DNA from: Octopus sinensis
Taxonomy: Eukaryota
Assembly: GCF_006345805.1 (NCBI RefSeq)
Contig: NC_043006.1
Span: 43,772,001-43,836,000 of the forward strand
Direction: 5' to 3'
DNA: 64,000 nucleotides
The position numbers and the translations under genes were made by a program. How positions within the stretch are numbered: position 1 is the stretch's first letter; each line of letters starts with the position of its first letter. The notes under the pieces were generated by a model, which was given only the letters and a program-made list of their open reading frames with translations, searched no databases and was not told where the DNA came from. This document shows positions 40,553 through 52,876 of the stretch, piece after piece.

Positions 40553-41788
40553 AACACATATATATAGGTTTGCTAGAGCAAACAGGAGAAATATAACTTG
40601 GAGCATATGATTTTTAACTAGTAGAAAGTTACTAAATTGATTCAAGGGGCTACAGTTTCGTGCATAGTACTTATCGAACTGCTTGTGGGATGTCCAATTA
40701 ACAATTAATATCAGAAGGTCATGTGAGAATTGTGAATTTTATATAGTCTGACCATTAAATAGAGAATAGCACACACACAAACACACACATATATATGCAT
40801 ATACACACACAGACTCTATATCATAAATGTATGAGTGTGCATGTATACATTCATAGCAAAGACGTACGGAAAAGAAGATACAAAGCAATTTTTTAAAAAA
40901 GTGTGTGTGTGTGTAGCAGGTTGACTGTTTGGAAATTTGCAATTCTCGTGTAAGCCTCCCACATAAATTTTTAATAGAACATTCCAGAAAGAATTATAAT
41001 CCAGTCTGAATATAAGGAACAAGCCATCAGGTTTCAAGTTGGTTTGATAGGTGCTGTACATGAAACCACTGGCCCTTGAGTCACTTTTGGAACTTTCTGG
41101 CAATTAGAAATAGAAAAGCAATATTTCATGGAGATGTACTTACATAGCAAGTGTTATGATTTGAGATGATTCGCTGAACTTAAAGCCATTCAGAAACAAA
41201 GACTATTAACTTCACTGAAACATTTATTTGTAACACACACACAATGCATACACACACACTCCCTAAGTACATATCTATAACAGGCATGTGTATAATGCAT
41301 ACATACATATACACACATACACACACGCATAAAGAATATGATATATATATATAATGCATATATACATGTGTGTGCATAAAATATAGATACAAACATGAAT
41401 GTATACACACATACACATGCATATGTATCAGTGCACATACATGCACACACAAATACACATACACACAGACTTTATATCATAAATGTGTGAGTGTGCATGT
41501 ATGCATCTGTGTGGGGGGGGGGGTGAGTACATATATTCATAGCAAAGATGTAATATTGAAAAGAAGAAAGCATTTGTGTTTAAATTATATTTATTTTTAT
41601 TTTCAAATTTTTTTTTTTTCATTTCTTCGTATTTGTCCAGAGACATTAATGAACTTAGTCACCCTACGGTGCCAGACTGAAGATGAAGGACTAATAGTGA
41701 AATATGAAAAACAAAACAAAACCCCCCAAAAAAACCAAAAAGACACTCATAAAATAGATTAAACTTGAACACACTTGCGTCTTCATTA

Positions 41789-41827
<39 letters not shown>

Positions 41828-42539
41828 GTACTACATCCATTTTTCCAAAAGCAGCCCTAGTGGGACAGTGTTTACAAATTACGATATTTGCATATGAATT
41901 GCTGCAGTAAATATCCTACTGCTAACACTTCAACCAGAAAAAAGTATTGGCATCTATTTTTCAGCTAGGCAGGTTGAAGTTAGTAGCATAATTAACTTCA
42001 TGGTAAAATATCTAGCACTTAATCTTTACAAATTGCCTCATGTCTAGAATAAAATTGTAATTTTTTTTCTATTATCGTTTTACCTATCACCATTCAAATA
42101 CACACACGCAGACACACAAACACAAACGCGCATAGATATAAGATGCAAAGTGAATGGTATCGATAGCACTGCATTAGTTATACACAATAATCACCTAAGG
42201 AGTCGAAGATGGCCACTCAATAAAAATTGGAATCTTAACTTGGTTTAAATGTAAATACACACTACAAGTAAGTTTGCTTGATAATTGAAGTCAACTGATA
42301 ATAATGAGATTCTTATCAAAGCTCTACCAGTTATTCTGAGATGGACCAGCAGCTTGAAGGAAGACAAAATTCACCACAGAATATAGTCAGAAGATAAATT
42401 AACAGAAAATTAATCAGAATCAATATAATAAATCACGAGAAAGGAAGGAAGAGAAGGAGAGAGGCAGAGAAGACGAAGCAGTTTATGTGAGAATAAGTAG
42501 GGTAAAATATACATAAACTACAAATTACAGAGTATCAAG

Positions 42540-42705
42540 GCACAGGAATGGCCGTGTGGTTAAGAAGTTTGGTTTGCAACCATGTGGTTCAGGGTTCAGT
42601 CCTAGTATATGGCACCTTGGGCAATTGTCTTCTACTATAGCTCCAAGCCAATCAATGCCTTGGGATTAAATCTGGTAGATGGAAACTGTGTTGAAGCCTG
42701 CCTTG

Positions 42706-42736
<31 letters not shown>

Positions 42737-42739
42737 TGT

Positions 42740-42784
<45 letters not shown>

Positions 42785-42960
42785 CTCTCTCACCTCTTAT
42801 AAACTGGTGTTGGTTTGTTTATATCCTGATAACTTAGCAGTTCAGCGAAAGAGATCGATAGAATAAATATCAGATATAACAATAAGCTGATTTGTTTAAC
42901 TGAACCATTTAAGGCAGTGTTCCTCATATGGTCACATTGCAATGACTGAAACAAGTAAAA
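42540..42960 (+). mobile_element. Family A SINE with an expanded internal (TG)n
   Basis: ggccgtgtggttaagaagtttggtttgcaaccatgtggttcagggttcagtcc...ggcaccttgggcaa...aatgactgaaacaagtaaaa. Confidence 0.8.
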
Positions 42961-45007
42961 GAAGCAGTACAGAAAGAACTAGATTTCATTAGTAACCAGA
43001 CATTCAGAAAATATTGGTATGTGTTGTGGGGTGGAAATCATTTGCGAATGTATTTTTGGTTAAAGCATTAAATCTTTCAAAAGTGGCATGAACCTACAAG
43101 ATAGATTAGCTCAATATAAAACAGCAATACAAGGATGGGAAAAGCATATGAAAATTGCAGTTGAGAGAGAGAGAGACTGGCCAGGGGGTGATGGCAAGTG
43201 AAGAACTTTGCCAAGATAATGACTGGGGAAAAAAACCCATTAAGTTAGGAGAAGTTCCAACAAACTGACCATAAATATATTCTGGTATATGCTTCAACTG
43301 TCTTAAATGCAATGAAAACCTGTTGGTAAAAACATGAGTATAAATTTTTCAAATAAAAGCCATGTTTTTAAGATCAATATAATGGGAAGTAATTAGAACA
43401 TGCAAAACCACATTTTGGTTTTTATGTATACAACTCATAAGAGTGGAATGTCAGATTCCTCTAAGCTAATAGATACTGGAGAAGAATGAGATGCAAGTGT
43501 AGATATACGGTGAAAAGTTACTGCTATGCTACAGGAAAGCAAGGAGAGAAACCAGTTCAGACAATGGTGGAAAAAATATAAATTTTGTTTTTGTTTTTGA
43601 CTTTTGATTTTTGATTTTTTCCCCACCCTCAAGAACTATTAACTTACAAATTTTCATTATCATCATTTCGGTGTAATAATAATGCTGATAATGATGCTAA
43701 TATAATTACAACAAGAACAAATTAATCAAATAATCAAACGCTAATAATTAGAATGTGAGATGATATGCGGAGTCTGTGCAATCTCACGGCAAGGATGTAA
43801 TGCATACAAGAATATGAGCAGAGAGAGAATGAATAAAGCATGTAAGCAAGAAGGAAAGAAAGAAAGAAAGAAAGAAATCAATGAACAACAATATTATATA
43901 TTGCCAACAGAGAACTAAACTGATTATTATTAAAAATATACAATTCCCACCTCCAAGTTAATTTTTAGTAATATTTATTTATTATTTTTCACCTGCCTTA
44001 AGCAAGGAATATTAGGGAAGGAGAAAAACAGCATTCTTATCAGCCACATACATATACATGAAAACTCGGTCTCTTACATACACACACATGTCTGTGTGTG
44101 TGTATGTAAGAGATTGAGTGTGAGTGTGTGTGTGTGTGGAGAGAGAGAGAGCTAGAGAGCAAGAGCTGCTGGAAGTGAAAACATGGGAGAGAGTTCATTA
44201 CAATGGGAAAGAAACAGAAAGAAGAGACAAGAGAGGAAGAACAAAGCAAAGGTAAAAGAGTCTATGACCAAATATTTCCTGAAACAGAACCCATTCAGCA
44301 AGTTCTCTCGTTACTTATCCAATTATCAACTGGTGTAGTGAGGGGTGGGTTTCAAATGTATTTCATGCCCTCTACGCCAGCTAGACTTAATTCCTGCGAC
44401 AGTTATTACAAACATAATTAGGAATTAAATTCTGATAATTTCTGTTGCCTGGAAGAGTGATAATCTAGTATTTAGGAACTTAGTAAATAAAAATGAAAAT
44501 CGAATGAACTAGAAATGACAGAGCAAGAGTAAACCAATACTTTAACCAGCCATTATCACAGGCCCAACTGAAAATGATACAACTAATATAACCATTCAAT
44601 AATTGCAAATGATAAATCATGGGTGCCTGTTAGCCTATAGGAAATTGTATACAAGAGTGTAGAAAAGAATTAGGTAGATAAAATTGTAAGTATTTCCTAC
44701 TTATTCTGAAACCTGACGAAGCATGTCCCTAATTCAACAGAAATTAGTTCCGCATATTTATCCCGAACAAAAAGATTTCCAAACAATAACTGCAGCTTTC
44801 AAGCATTTGAATATCATTAGGATTTAAGACCGAATGGAAACTCAATTGAAAATTTGATTTACTTCCAAGTGAGTAAACTGAGAAATGAATGAATGGATGG
44901 CGCTGCCACAAGTGACAATAGATTCAAATAAACAAAGTTAACCACACGCGCTCCAGTCACTTGAAAGTTCTCGACTTGTTGCTGCTCTTTCTGTTATTTT
45001 CATACAG

Positions 45008-45043
45008 CAAAATCACGTCTTTGAAAAGTCAATAATATGCCAG
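45008..45043 (+). CDS. Candidate 36-nt exon (QNHVFEKSIICQ), or the end of a first exon with ATG CCA G
   Basis: Long polypyrimidine acceptor ...ctctttctgttattttcatacag|, donor CAG|GTAAAT, and an open, frame-preserving length. Confidence 0.3.
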
Positions 45044-45160
45044 GTAAATGTTGTCGGAACAGGGGGAAACTTAGACTTTATATTCTATTAAAGGTGAATA
45101 CAAGAGTTGGTCAAGTTATAGAAATACTGCACACACACACACACACACACACATATATAC

Positions 45161-45468
45161 GTGGGGGCGTAATGGCCCAGGGGTTAGGGCAGCAGACTCG
45201 CGCTTGTAAGATCACGGTTTCGATTCCCAGACAAGGCGTTGTGAGTGTTTATTGAGTGAAAACACCTAAAGCTCCATGAGGCTCCAGCAGGGGGTGGTGG
45301 CGGTCCCTGCTGCACTCTTTTGCCACAACTTTCTCTCGCACTTTCTTCTGTTGGCCTGCTCGCTTAGCCAGCGGGGTGGCATCATTTGAAGGCTAAAACA
45401 ATGCAAAGCACATTGTGACCAGCGAGGTGTAGCAACATCTGATAGCCTGGTGGGTCGCAGTGATCACA

Positions 45469-45472
<4 letters not shown>
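45161..45472 (+). mobile_element. Distinct tRNA-derived SINE (family E), single copy in this window
   Basis: Strongly tRNA-like head gggcgtaatggcccaggggttagggcagcagactcgcg...ggtttcgattccc (A and B boxes). The body is not tRNA-like and ends in gtgatcacagtga(ta)n. Confidence 0.7.
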
Positions 45473-45496
<24 letters not shown>

Positions 45497-45499
<3 letters not shown>

Positions 45500-45634
45500 C
45501 ATCATCATCATCATCGTTTAGCGTCCGTTTTCCATGCTAGCATGGGTTAGACGGTTCAACTGGGGTCTGTGAAGCCGGAAGACTTCATCAGGCCTAGTCA
45601 GATCTGGCAGTGTTTCTACGGCTGGATGCCCTTC
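45497..45634 (-). mobile_element. Family C element, 3' part
   Basis: (tca)n cgtttagcgtccgttttccatgctagcatgggtt...ctggatgcccttcc. Confidence 0.8.
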
Positions 45635-45689
45635 CACACACACATGCATACATACACACACACATACTTTTATTCTTCAATTTTTTCAA

Positions 45690-46045
45690 TTCTTGAAGCC
45701 ATTTGACTGTGACCATACTGGAGCACTGCCTTGAAGGGTATTCAGTCAAACAATTTGACCCCAGGATTTATTTCTGAAACCTAGTACTTATTCTGTTGGC
45801 CTCTTTTCCAAAATGCTAAATTATAGGGGCATAAACACACCAATACCGGTTGCCAAGTGGTGATGGGAGGACAAACGCGTACACAAAGAGACACAGTTTC
45901 AATCTACCAAATCCACTCACAAGGCTTTGTCTAGCCCAAGGCGCCAAGGCTATAGTAAAAGACACTTGCCCAAGGTGCTACACGGCAGGACTGAACTTGG
46001 AATCATGTGGTTGAGAAGCATACTTCTTACCACACAGCCACTTCT
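45690..46045 (-). mobile_element. Family A SINE (left member of an inverted pair)
   Basis: catttgactgtgaccatactggagcactgcc...gacacttgcccaagg...cttaccacacagccac. Confidence 0.8.
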
Positions 46046-46108
46046 GCATGTGCACACACACACACACACACAGACACACACAAACACAAATGTACATATA
46101 CACACATA

Positions 46109-46492
46109 TGGCTGTGTGGTAAGAAGCCTGCTTTCCAACCACATGGTTCCGGGTTCAGTCCCACTGCGTGACACCTTGGGCAAGTGTTTTCTACTATAGC
46201 CTCAGGTTGACCAAAGCCTTGTGAGTGAATTTGGTTGACAGAAACTGAAAGAAGCCTGTTGTGCACATATATATGTGTGTGTGCGTGTATGTTTGTCCCC
46301 CACCACCACCACCATCACTTAACAAGCGATGTTGGTGTGTATACATCCCTGTAACTTAGCAGCTGGGCAAAAAAGACCGATAGAATAAGCACTAGGTTTA
46401 CAAAAAATAAGTCCTGAGGTCAATTTGTTTGACTAAAACCTGTGCTCCAGCATGGCTGCAGTCAAATGACTGAAACAAATAAAAAAATAAAA
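46109..46492 (+). mobile_element. Family A SINE (right member of an inverted pair)
   Basis: ggctgtgtggtaagaagcctgctttccaaccacatggttccgggttcagtcccactgcgtgacaccttgggcaagtg...gtcaaatgactgaaacaaataaaa. Confidence 0.9.
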
Positions 46493-46497
46493 GAATA

Positions 46498-46537
<40 letters not shown>

Positions 46538-46542
<5 letters not shown>

Positions 46543-46845
46543 GTGGCATGTAAAAAACACCACTCAAGCGTGATCGTTACCAGCATCGCCTTACTGGCAC
46601 CCGCGCCAGTGGCATGTGTAAAAGATTCAAGCGAAGTCGTTGCCAGTGCCGCCTGACTGGCACGTAAAAGCTCCCACTACACTCTCTGAGTGGTTGGCGT
46701 TAGGAAGGGCATCCAGCTGTAGAAACTCTGCCAGATCAAGATTGAAGCCTGGTGCAGCCATCTGGTTCGCCAGCCCTCAGTCAAATCGTCCAACCCATGC
46801 TAGCATGGAAAGCGGACATTAAACAATGATGATGATGATGATATA
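46538..46845 (+). mobile_element. Family C element with an internally repetitive head
   Basis: gagtggttggcgttaggaagggcatccagctgtagaaac...aacccatgctagcatggaaagcggacattaaacaatgatgatg. Confidence 0.8.
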
Positions 46846-46938
46846 TATATAAATAATATTAGGGTAATAAGAGTTATAGAAATTATTATTACCAGTGGCC
46901 TAGCACAAAAAAAAAAGTCAACAGACTATATATTAATC

Positions 46939-47260
46939 ACATAAAAATATTGTGTACATTAGAACACATTAAGAGGCTTCCAAATAGGAAAGCCTTGTGC
47001 TAAAAAGAGCAGTAGAAAACTCAAGCCACTAATTATGGATAAATTCTCGAAAGGAGTGAAAATTAAAACATTTACCATCTAATTTAGTTCCAAGACCATA
47101 GTCTAGGAACTAAATTAGATGATAAACGTTTTTAATTTTCAATCCTTTTCGAGAATTTATCCATAATTAGTGGTTTGAGTTTTCTACTGCTCTTTCTAGC
47201 ACAAGGCTTTCCTATTTGGAAGTCTCTTAATGTGCTCTAATGTACACGATATTTTATGTG
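46939..47260. repeat. Long fold-back inverted repeat, ~158-bp arms and a 4-nt loop
   Basis: Manual alignment gave about 9 substitutions and 3 one-base indels. The centre is agac-cata-gtct. Confidence 0.95.
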
Positions 47261-48809
47261 TGTGTGTGTGTATATATATATATACATATTTATTTAGTAG
47301 TCTAGATAATAACCTTATAAAATGTATTTCAAAGCTCCTCTACAGTTATTGGCTACTAGACATGATCCAGCTTAATACTGGATCATATTTACATAATAAT
47401 ATAATACAGAAAACTCAGCAACTAACAGCTGTTACTAATGTAGAGAAAAAATTGTTGTGATTTGTGATTAAAGCACATTCGTTCCATCTCAGATACACAC
47501 ACACACACACATAGATATATATACATAAAGTTTTAGGCTGACAAAATATATTTTGGACTAACAATTATGAATGAAATGTTTATTCACTCGCAGGCTTATC
47601 TTAGAGTTCTTTATTCTAAGGGGTGGACATAGTTTCTTTTGAACTTCTCACCCTCTGGAATACATGTGTGTGTGTGTGTTTTGTGGTTATAATTCATGCT
47701 ACATACAACAGCACTAATATATATTTGGTCCATATTATTAATCAAGACATTTTTTTTTTCTTTTATTATCTTTTTCCAATCTATTTTTACAGAGAAAACC
47801 AAACATAAGTTTAAATAACACAATGAAAACTTTTGCTAAAAACTAGATACTGAAAATAAATAAAATAAATGAACGAATGAAAGTTGAACTGAAAATGTGC
47901 CATTGTTTTATTTTCACACTTCTGCGTGGAATCAATCTTAACATTTTTCACATCATGTACACATCTAATCTGGCAAAGTTTTCAAAACATATCTGTTATA
48001 AATGTGCACTTTACTATTATTGAAAACATGACTAGATTTCTCTATTAATCATTTTCTACTCATTTCTCAAAAATATTTTATTATTTTGTATGTACAGGAT
48101 ATTGGACGTTTGTTGCTGTTGACTCATACTGCTTTTTAGTAACATAGGCATATCACTAACACTTGTTGATTATATCCTGATCAGTATTATTGTGTTGCTC
48201 TTTCCGAGACAATCAAAATAATAAATGTACATTTAAAAGCCAAGTAACCAAAGACCAAAAAAAGAAAAAAAATGGAAAAAATACTAAGTAAAACAACCCA
48301 GTCTGTCAATGAGTACAGTTACAGGAAACTTTTCTAGATTATCTTTTTTTTTTTAAATTTCAGAGATACTTTAAAAGTAAATACTGTTCACTGTTATTAA
48401 ATATTCACACCATTATGATATTGTTTTCCGAAAGAGGTAGGGAAAAAAATAAGCTTTTCTAAAGTGCATAAATTTAATATTGAGAGGAGTAACTTCATCG
48501 GCAAGTTTGAAGTTATATCTTAGATGAATAAATTCTTTTTACACAAAGTTTTATGTTTTACATGAATAAATATTTCAAACGTATTTTCAAAGATATCACG
48601 GGGAAATTGAACAAACTTGAAGCTAATGAGAGATATGGCAGCTATAACACAGTTTGAACATTTCAATAATTACTTCATATCTTTGCATGGCAAGATAATA
48701 AATGCGTGAATAAATAACAAGAACGAAGTCATCTTCACCACTTTCTGGTTTACTAATCAAAACCAGGCATCATTATTCTCTTCAATGTTCAAGCCATGTT
48801 TGCATAGCT

Positions 48810-49190
48810 TCTTTTGCTTGCCTCAGCTATTGAACTGTGGCCATGCTGGAGCACTGCCTTGAAGAGTTTAGACAAACAAATCAAATCCAGTACTTTTGCT
48901 TTTGCCTTTTTTTTTTTTTTTAGAAGTGTGGTATTTATTCTATCAGGCTCTTTTGCTGAACTGCTAAGTCATGGGCATGTAAACAAACCAACACCAGTTG
49001 TCAAGCTGGTGGTGGGAGAATAAACACAAAGAAACACACACACAATGGGCTTCTGCATAGTTTCTGTCTACCAAATCAACAAGGAATTGGTTGGGTTTTA
49101 ATAGAAGACATATACCCAAGGTGATGCTGAGTGGAACTGAACCCCAAAAAAGGTGGGTGAAAGCAAGCTTCTTAACCACACAGCTAAGAC
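48810..49190 (-). mobile_element. Family A SINE, diverged
   Basis: gccatgctggagcactgcc...ctgaactgctaag...cttcttaaccacacagc. Confidence 0.75.
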
Positions 49191-49691
49191 TGCTCCTTAA
49201 GTTCACTAATAATTTGTTTTAATTTTTTAAGAACATGATCTTTAACATTTAAAAAAAAATAATAGAAGCTTCTTGTTGCTATATTATCCAACAGTACAGT
49301 TATTATATATATTGGCAGTTTCACTTTCGCTATCAAAGCAGAGCCTACTAAGGACATATCCAGTGAGCAGCAGCAAGATGGGAATTAAAATCAAACATGT
49401 AAAAATTTCAACAGAGCATAGAAATTTCAACACAACTCAAATCTTTCCAACAGTGACAGAATTTTTTTTTTTTTTAAATAAAAGATTTATTTATATCATT
49501 TAAATGGAATTCTTTTTCTCTTGAGACACCGTTTAAGTGATATGTCCTAGAAGAAGCGACAACAAACACATAAGGATCAAATAACAGGGCTAGATTTACA
49601 CAGTTGCACTGCACTTTTATTGAACTGAAAAGACAGATGGCTGCAACCAGGACATGAGTTAGCTTTAGAAATCATTCTTTAAATTCTTTTT

Positions 49692-49890
49692 TCTTTTACT
49701 TGTTTCAGTCATTTGAATGCAGCCATGCTGAAGCAGTGCCTTTAGTCAAACAAATTGACCTCCACCCTGGACTCATTCTTTGTAACTCTAGTGCTTATTC
49801 TATTGGTCTCTTTTGCCGAACCGTTAAGTTATGGGGATGTAAACACACCAGCATCGGTTGTGAAGTGATGGTTGACACACACACATATAT
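49692..49890 (-). mobile_element. Family A SINE, 3' half
   Basis: ttttacttgtttcagtcatttgaatgcagccatgctg...aaacacaccagcatcggttg. Confidence 0.75.
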
Positions 49891-50221
49891 ATATAAATGA
49901 ATGTGCATATTTTCAATGTTTACAAATAACAAGAAAAAACGTTTTTTTTAAATAGTTACCAGGGAAGCAAAAGTTCACATGAGTACCAGTAATCACATTT
50001 GGTTATAATGTCTTATTGATGTATTTTGTTTCTCTTTTTTTCCCTGATGAGAAGATTGCATTGTTTTACATCCTTTTATTCCTTCTGGAATAATACCAAT
50101 GTTTTCTTTGAAACATATGTCGGAAGTATAAAGATTTGAATAACACCTGTGTTATTTATTTATCTTTATATATATATATATGTATATATGTATGTATGTA
50201 TGTATGTATATATATATATAT

Positions 50222-50345
50222 TCTTTCAGTTTCTATCTACCAAATCCACTCACAAGACTTTGGTCAGCCCGAGGTTATAGTAGGACTGAACCCAGAACCA
50301 TGTGGTTGGGAAGCAAGCTTCTTTTCACACAACCACTCCTATGCC
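50222..50345 (-). mobile_element. Family A SINE, 5' half
   Basis: ttcagtttctatctaccaaatccactcacaag...gactgaacccagaaccatgtggttgggaagcaagc. Confidence 0.7.
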
Positions 50346-51872
50346 TATGTCCACTTTCCTATGATTGTATGGGTCACATGGAGTTTTACTGAGGCAAATT
50401 TTCCATGGCTTGATGTCCTTCATGCTTCCAAGCAGGGGCATATTTCCCATGCCCAGAAAATGATTTTGCAGAACTTTGTCAATGAACAACACTGCTTGTA
50501 AGACAGTGACACTCATTTATAACTTTCACACAATGTCAAGACAAGGAGTCCCAATAGATTTGTTAAAATTCCAGCAGTAACGTTTCACAGTTAAAAGGGA
50601 AGATGTGGGGGTGGGTCTGAAACTTTGTCGAAATATTACACTAACAAAATTATTAAACTATTGCAAAACACAAAGACATAATCAAATATAAAAAAGATAT
50701 TAAAAAAACAGTAAATTCTTATTTTTTGCTTTAATAGGAATGGCCAGGAATAGCAACATTTTTAGAAAATAATAAACAAATGAATAAACAAATAAATAGA
50801 TAAATAAAATAGATAAATGTAAGATATTATGGTCTGTAAGAGTGAAGAACCTGTAGTTTTATTTCAAAATAGTTATAGAAAATATTTTACACAATTCCTG
50901 TTATAGCACTATTTGGCTGAGAACATGTTCTTGTTAAACAGCTCATTAAATCCAACTTCAATATTATCTTCTTTCTTTATATATCTTGTCTTGCTAGACA
51001 TTGGCAACTTAAACCAATAACGCAACTAATATTGCAACCACAATCACTACAATTGATAGTACTGCTACTGCTACTACTTCTAATAATAATAATAATAATA
51101 ATGATAATAATAATAGTAATAAGGTGTCATTTGTTCAGAAGTCTTATGAAATAAAATCATAAAATAAAGAAGAAGAAAAAGAAGCGGCTAAGAATAATGT
51201 AAGCAGTCAATTTTCATTGGTCAAATTCAGAGAAAATATTATTATAGACATTTAGATTAATTATAATCAATCATAATCATTATTACTATTTTCAATTAAT
51301 TACATGTCCATTGTAAAAAAAAAAAAATGCTTCTATATATCAAAACTAATGAAGATATATACATATATTTTTGTAATAAATTACACAGCAATAACAATTC
51401 AATTATGTGTATATATATATATGTATGTGTGAGTTGCTGTATATGTGCATTGAACATTAAGTTGCTGACTATGTGTCATAATAAAGCATGAAGCATTGTT
51501 GCATGGTGTAGATAACTGAATCCAAACCGCTGTTTCATGTAGGTATCTTGATGGGTCCTAACATTACTTGGGGGTTTGATAGAATGTGCTCAGATACATT
51601 GCAAGAAATTGCTGTATGGCTTCAATCTCTTTCTCTCCCACTACTTTTCCACTTACACAAACTGCAGCTTATATAACTTAGGTAACAGGCTTAACAATTT
51701 ATACCTGAATATTTAAAGGAATTCAGATTATGATTTCTCATACAACAGTATGAGAAGCTGCTCCAAAAATATAAAATACCAGTTCTCTGTCAGATTATGA
51801 AACATTCCACTGCACATCTTCTGCACCTTTCATTCGCATTGAGTACAAAGTATTTACTTCTAGCCTGCTATA

Positions 51873-52230
51873 ATTATCTCTGCCTTAGTGAAGTCGGAGG
51901 TATTGCTTTCAGTTGTGTTTATTTGTCCATGGACAAGATATCTCAAGAACCGCTGAATGGATTTGGATGAAACTTTCAGGGATGTTTAACCTTGTGACTA
52001 GTACAAGCTGATTAAATTTTGGAATCGATCCAGTATCTGACAAGGATGCTGGATTATTTTTCCTGTTATTTTACTTAATTTTTGAGAGTGGTAGGGGTTC
52101 ATTTTTAATATTCTCGTTTGTGAGAGCAGTCGAGTTTATTTCAGATATTCTCATTTTAAAATCATCTCTGGCTAAGCATTGAGAGGACGTTGATGTTGCC
52201 TTGGTGAGGTTTGCACTCTCTGAGTGCTCA
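51873..52230 (+). mobile_element. Probable non-autonomous Helentron-type (HINE/DINE-like) rolling-circle element
   Basis: 5' tctctgccttag..cggaggtatt..tttc, body gatatctcaagaaccgctgaatggatttggatgaaactttcagg, then 3' ccttggtgagg followed by a perfect hairpin gcactc-tct-gagtgc (52213-52227). The class assignment is from recalled structure. Confidence 0.5.
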
Positions 52231-52407
52231 TTAACAATGTTTCACTCTCATACTATAATTAACAATGCTTTGCTCACTAGTAACTTAGTGCTGGTAATTC
52301 TCTTTTTTAGAACAAAGTTTAAATTTGTTCGCTAAATTCTAGAAAGAAATGCAAAGCCACTGGTGTACAAAAGATTCTCAAGATTCCCATACTCCTTTGG
52401 CAACTGT

Positions 52408-52876
52408 TTAACCTTTTGTTGCCATATTTATTTTGAGATGCTTTGTGTTTCTTTCAATTAATTTTAAATAAAACAAAGAATTTAGTAAAATAACTTAGTT
52501 ATCATTAAACTAGTGTTAGTAACATAAATTGTGACTAAGGTTTGGTGGAAGATTTTAATTCAGAACTTTTGAAAACAAGGCATTTGTACTACAGAGCCAG
52601 AGGCAGTTCAGTATCAAAAGTGTTAAGAATTGTTTCTCTATTATATACTTTAACCCTTTCGTTACCATATTTCTGTTGAGATGCTCTGTGTTTCGTTCAA
52701 TTAATTTTGAACATAAGAAAGAATTTATTAAGGTAACTTAGTTACCATTCAGCTGGTGTTAGGAACATAAATTGTAAACAAGAGTTGGAAGATTTTAATT
52801 CAGAACTTTTGCAAACAAGACATTTGTACTACAGAGCCAGAGATGGTTTCAGCTGGGTTGGTACCGAAAGGGTTAA
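52408..52876. mobile_element. Two adjacent TTAA-flanked piggyBac-type MITEs (52408-52626 and 52650-52876)
   Basis: The second copy has TIRs ccctttcgttacc / ggtaccgaaaggg (one mismatch) inside TTAA. Both share gagatgct..gtgtttc...catttgtactacagagccagag. Confidence 0.8.

Noticed and set aside
45161-45235. Possible tRNA gene
   Set aside because: It lacks a complete cloverleaf and acceptor stem and continues into a SINE body.
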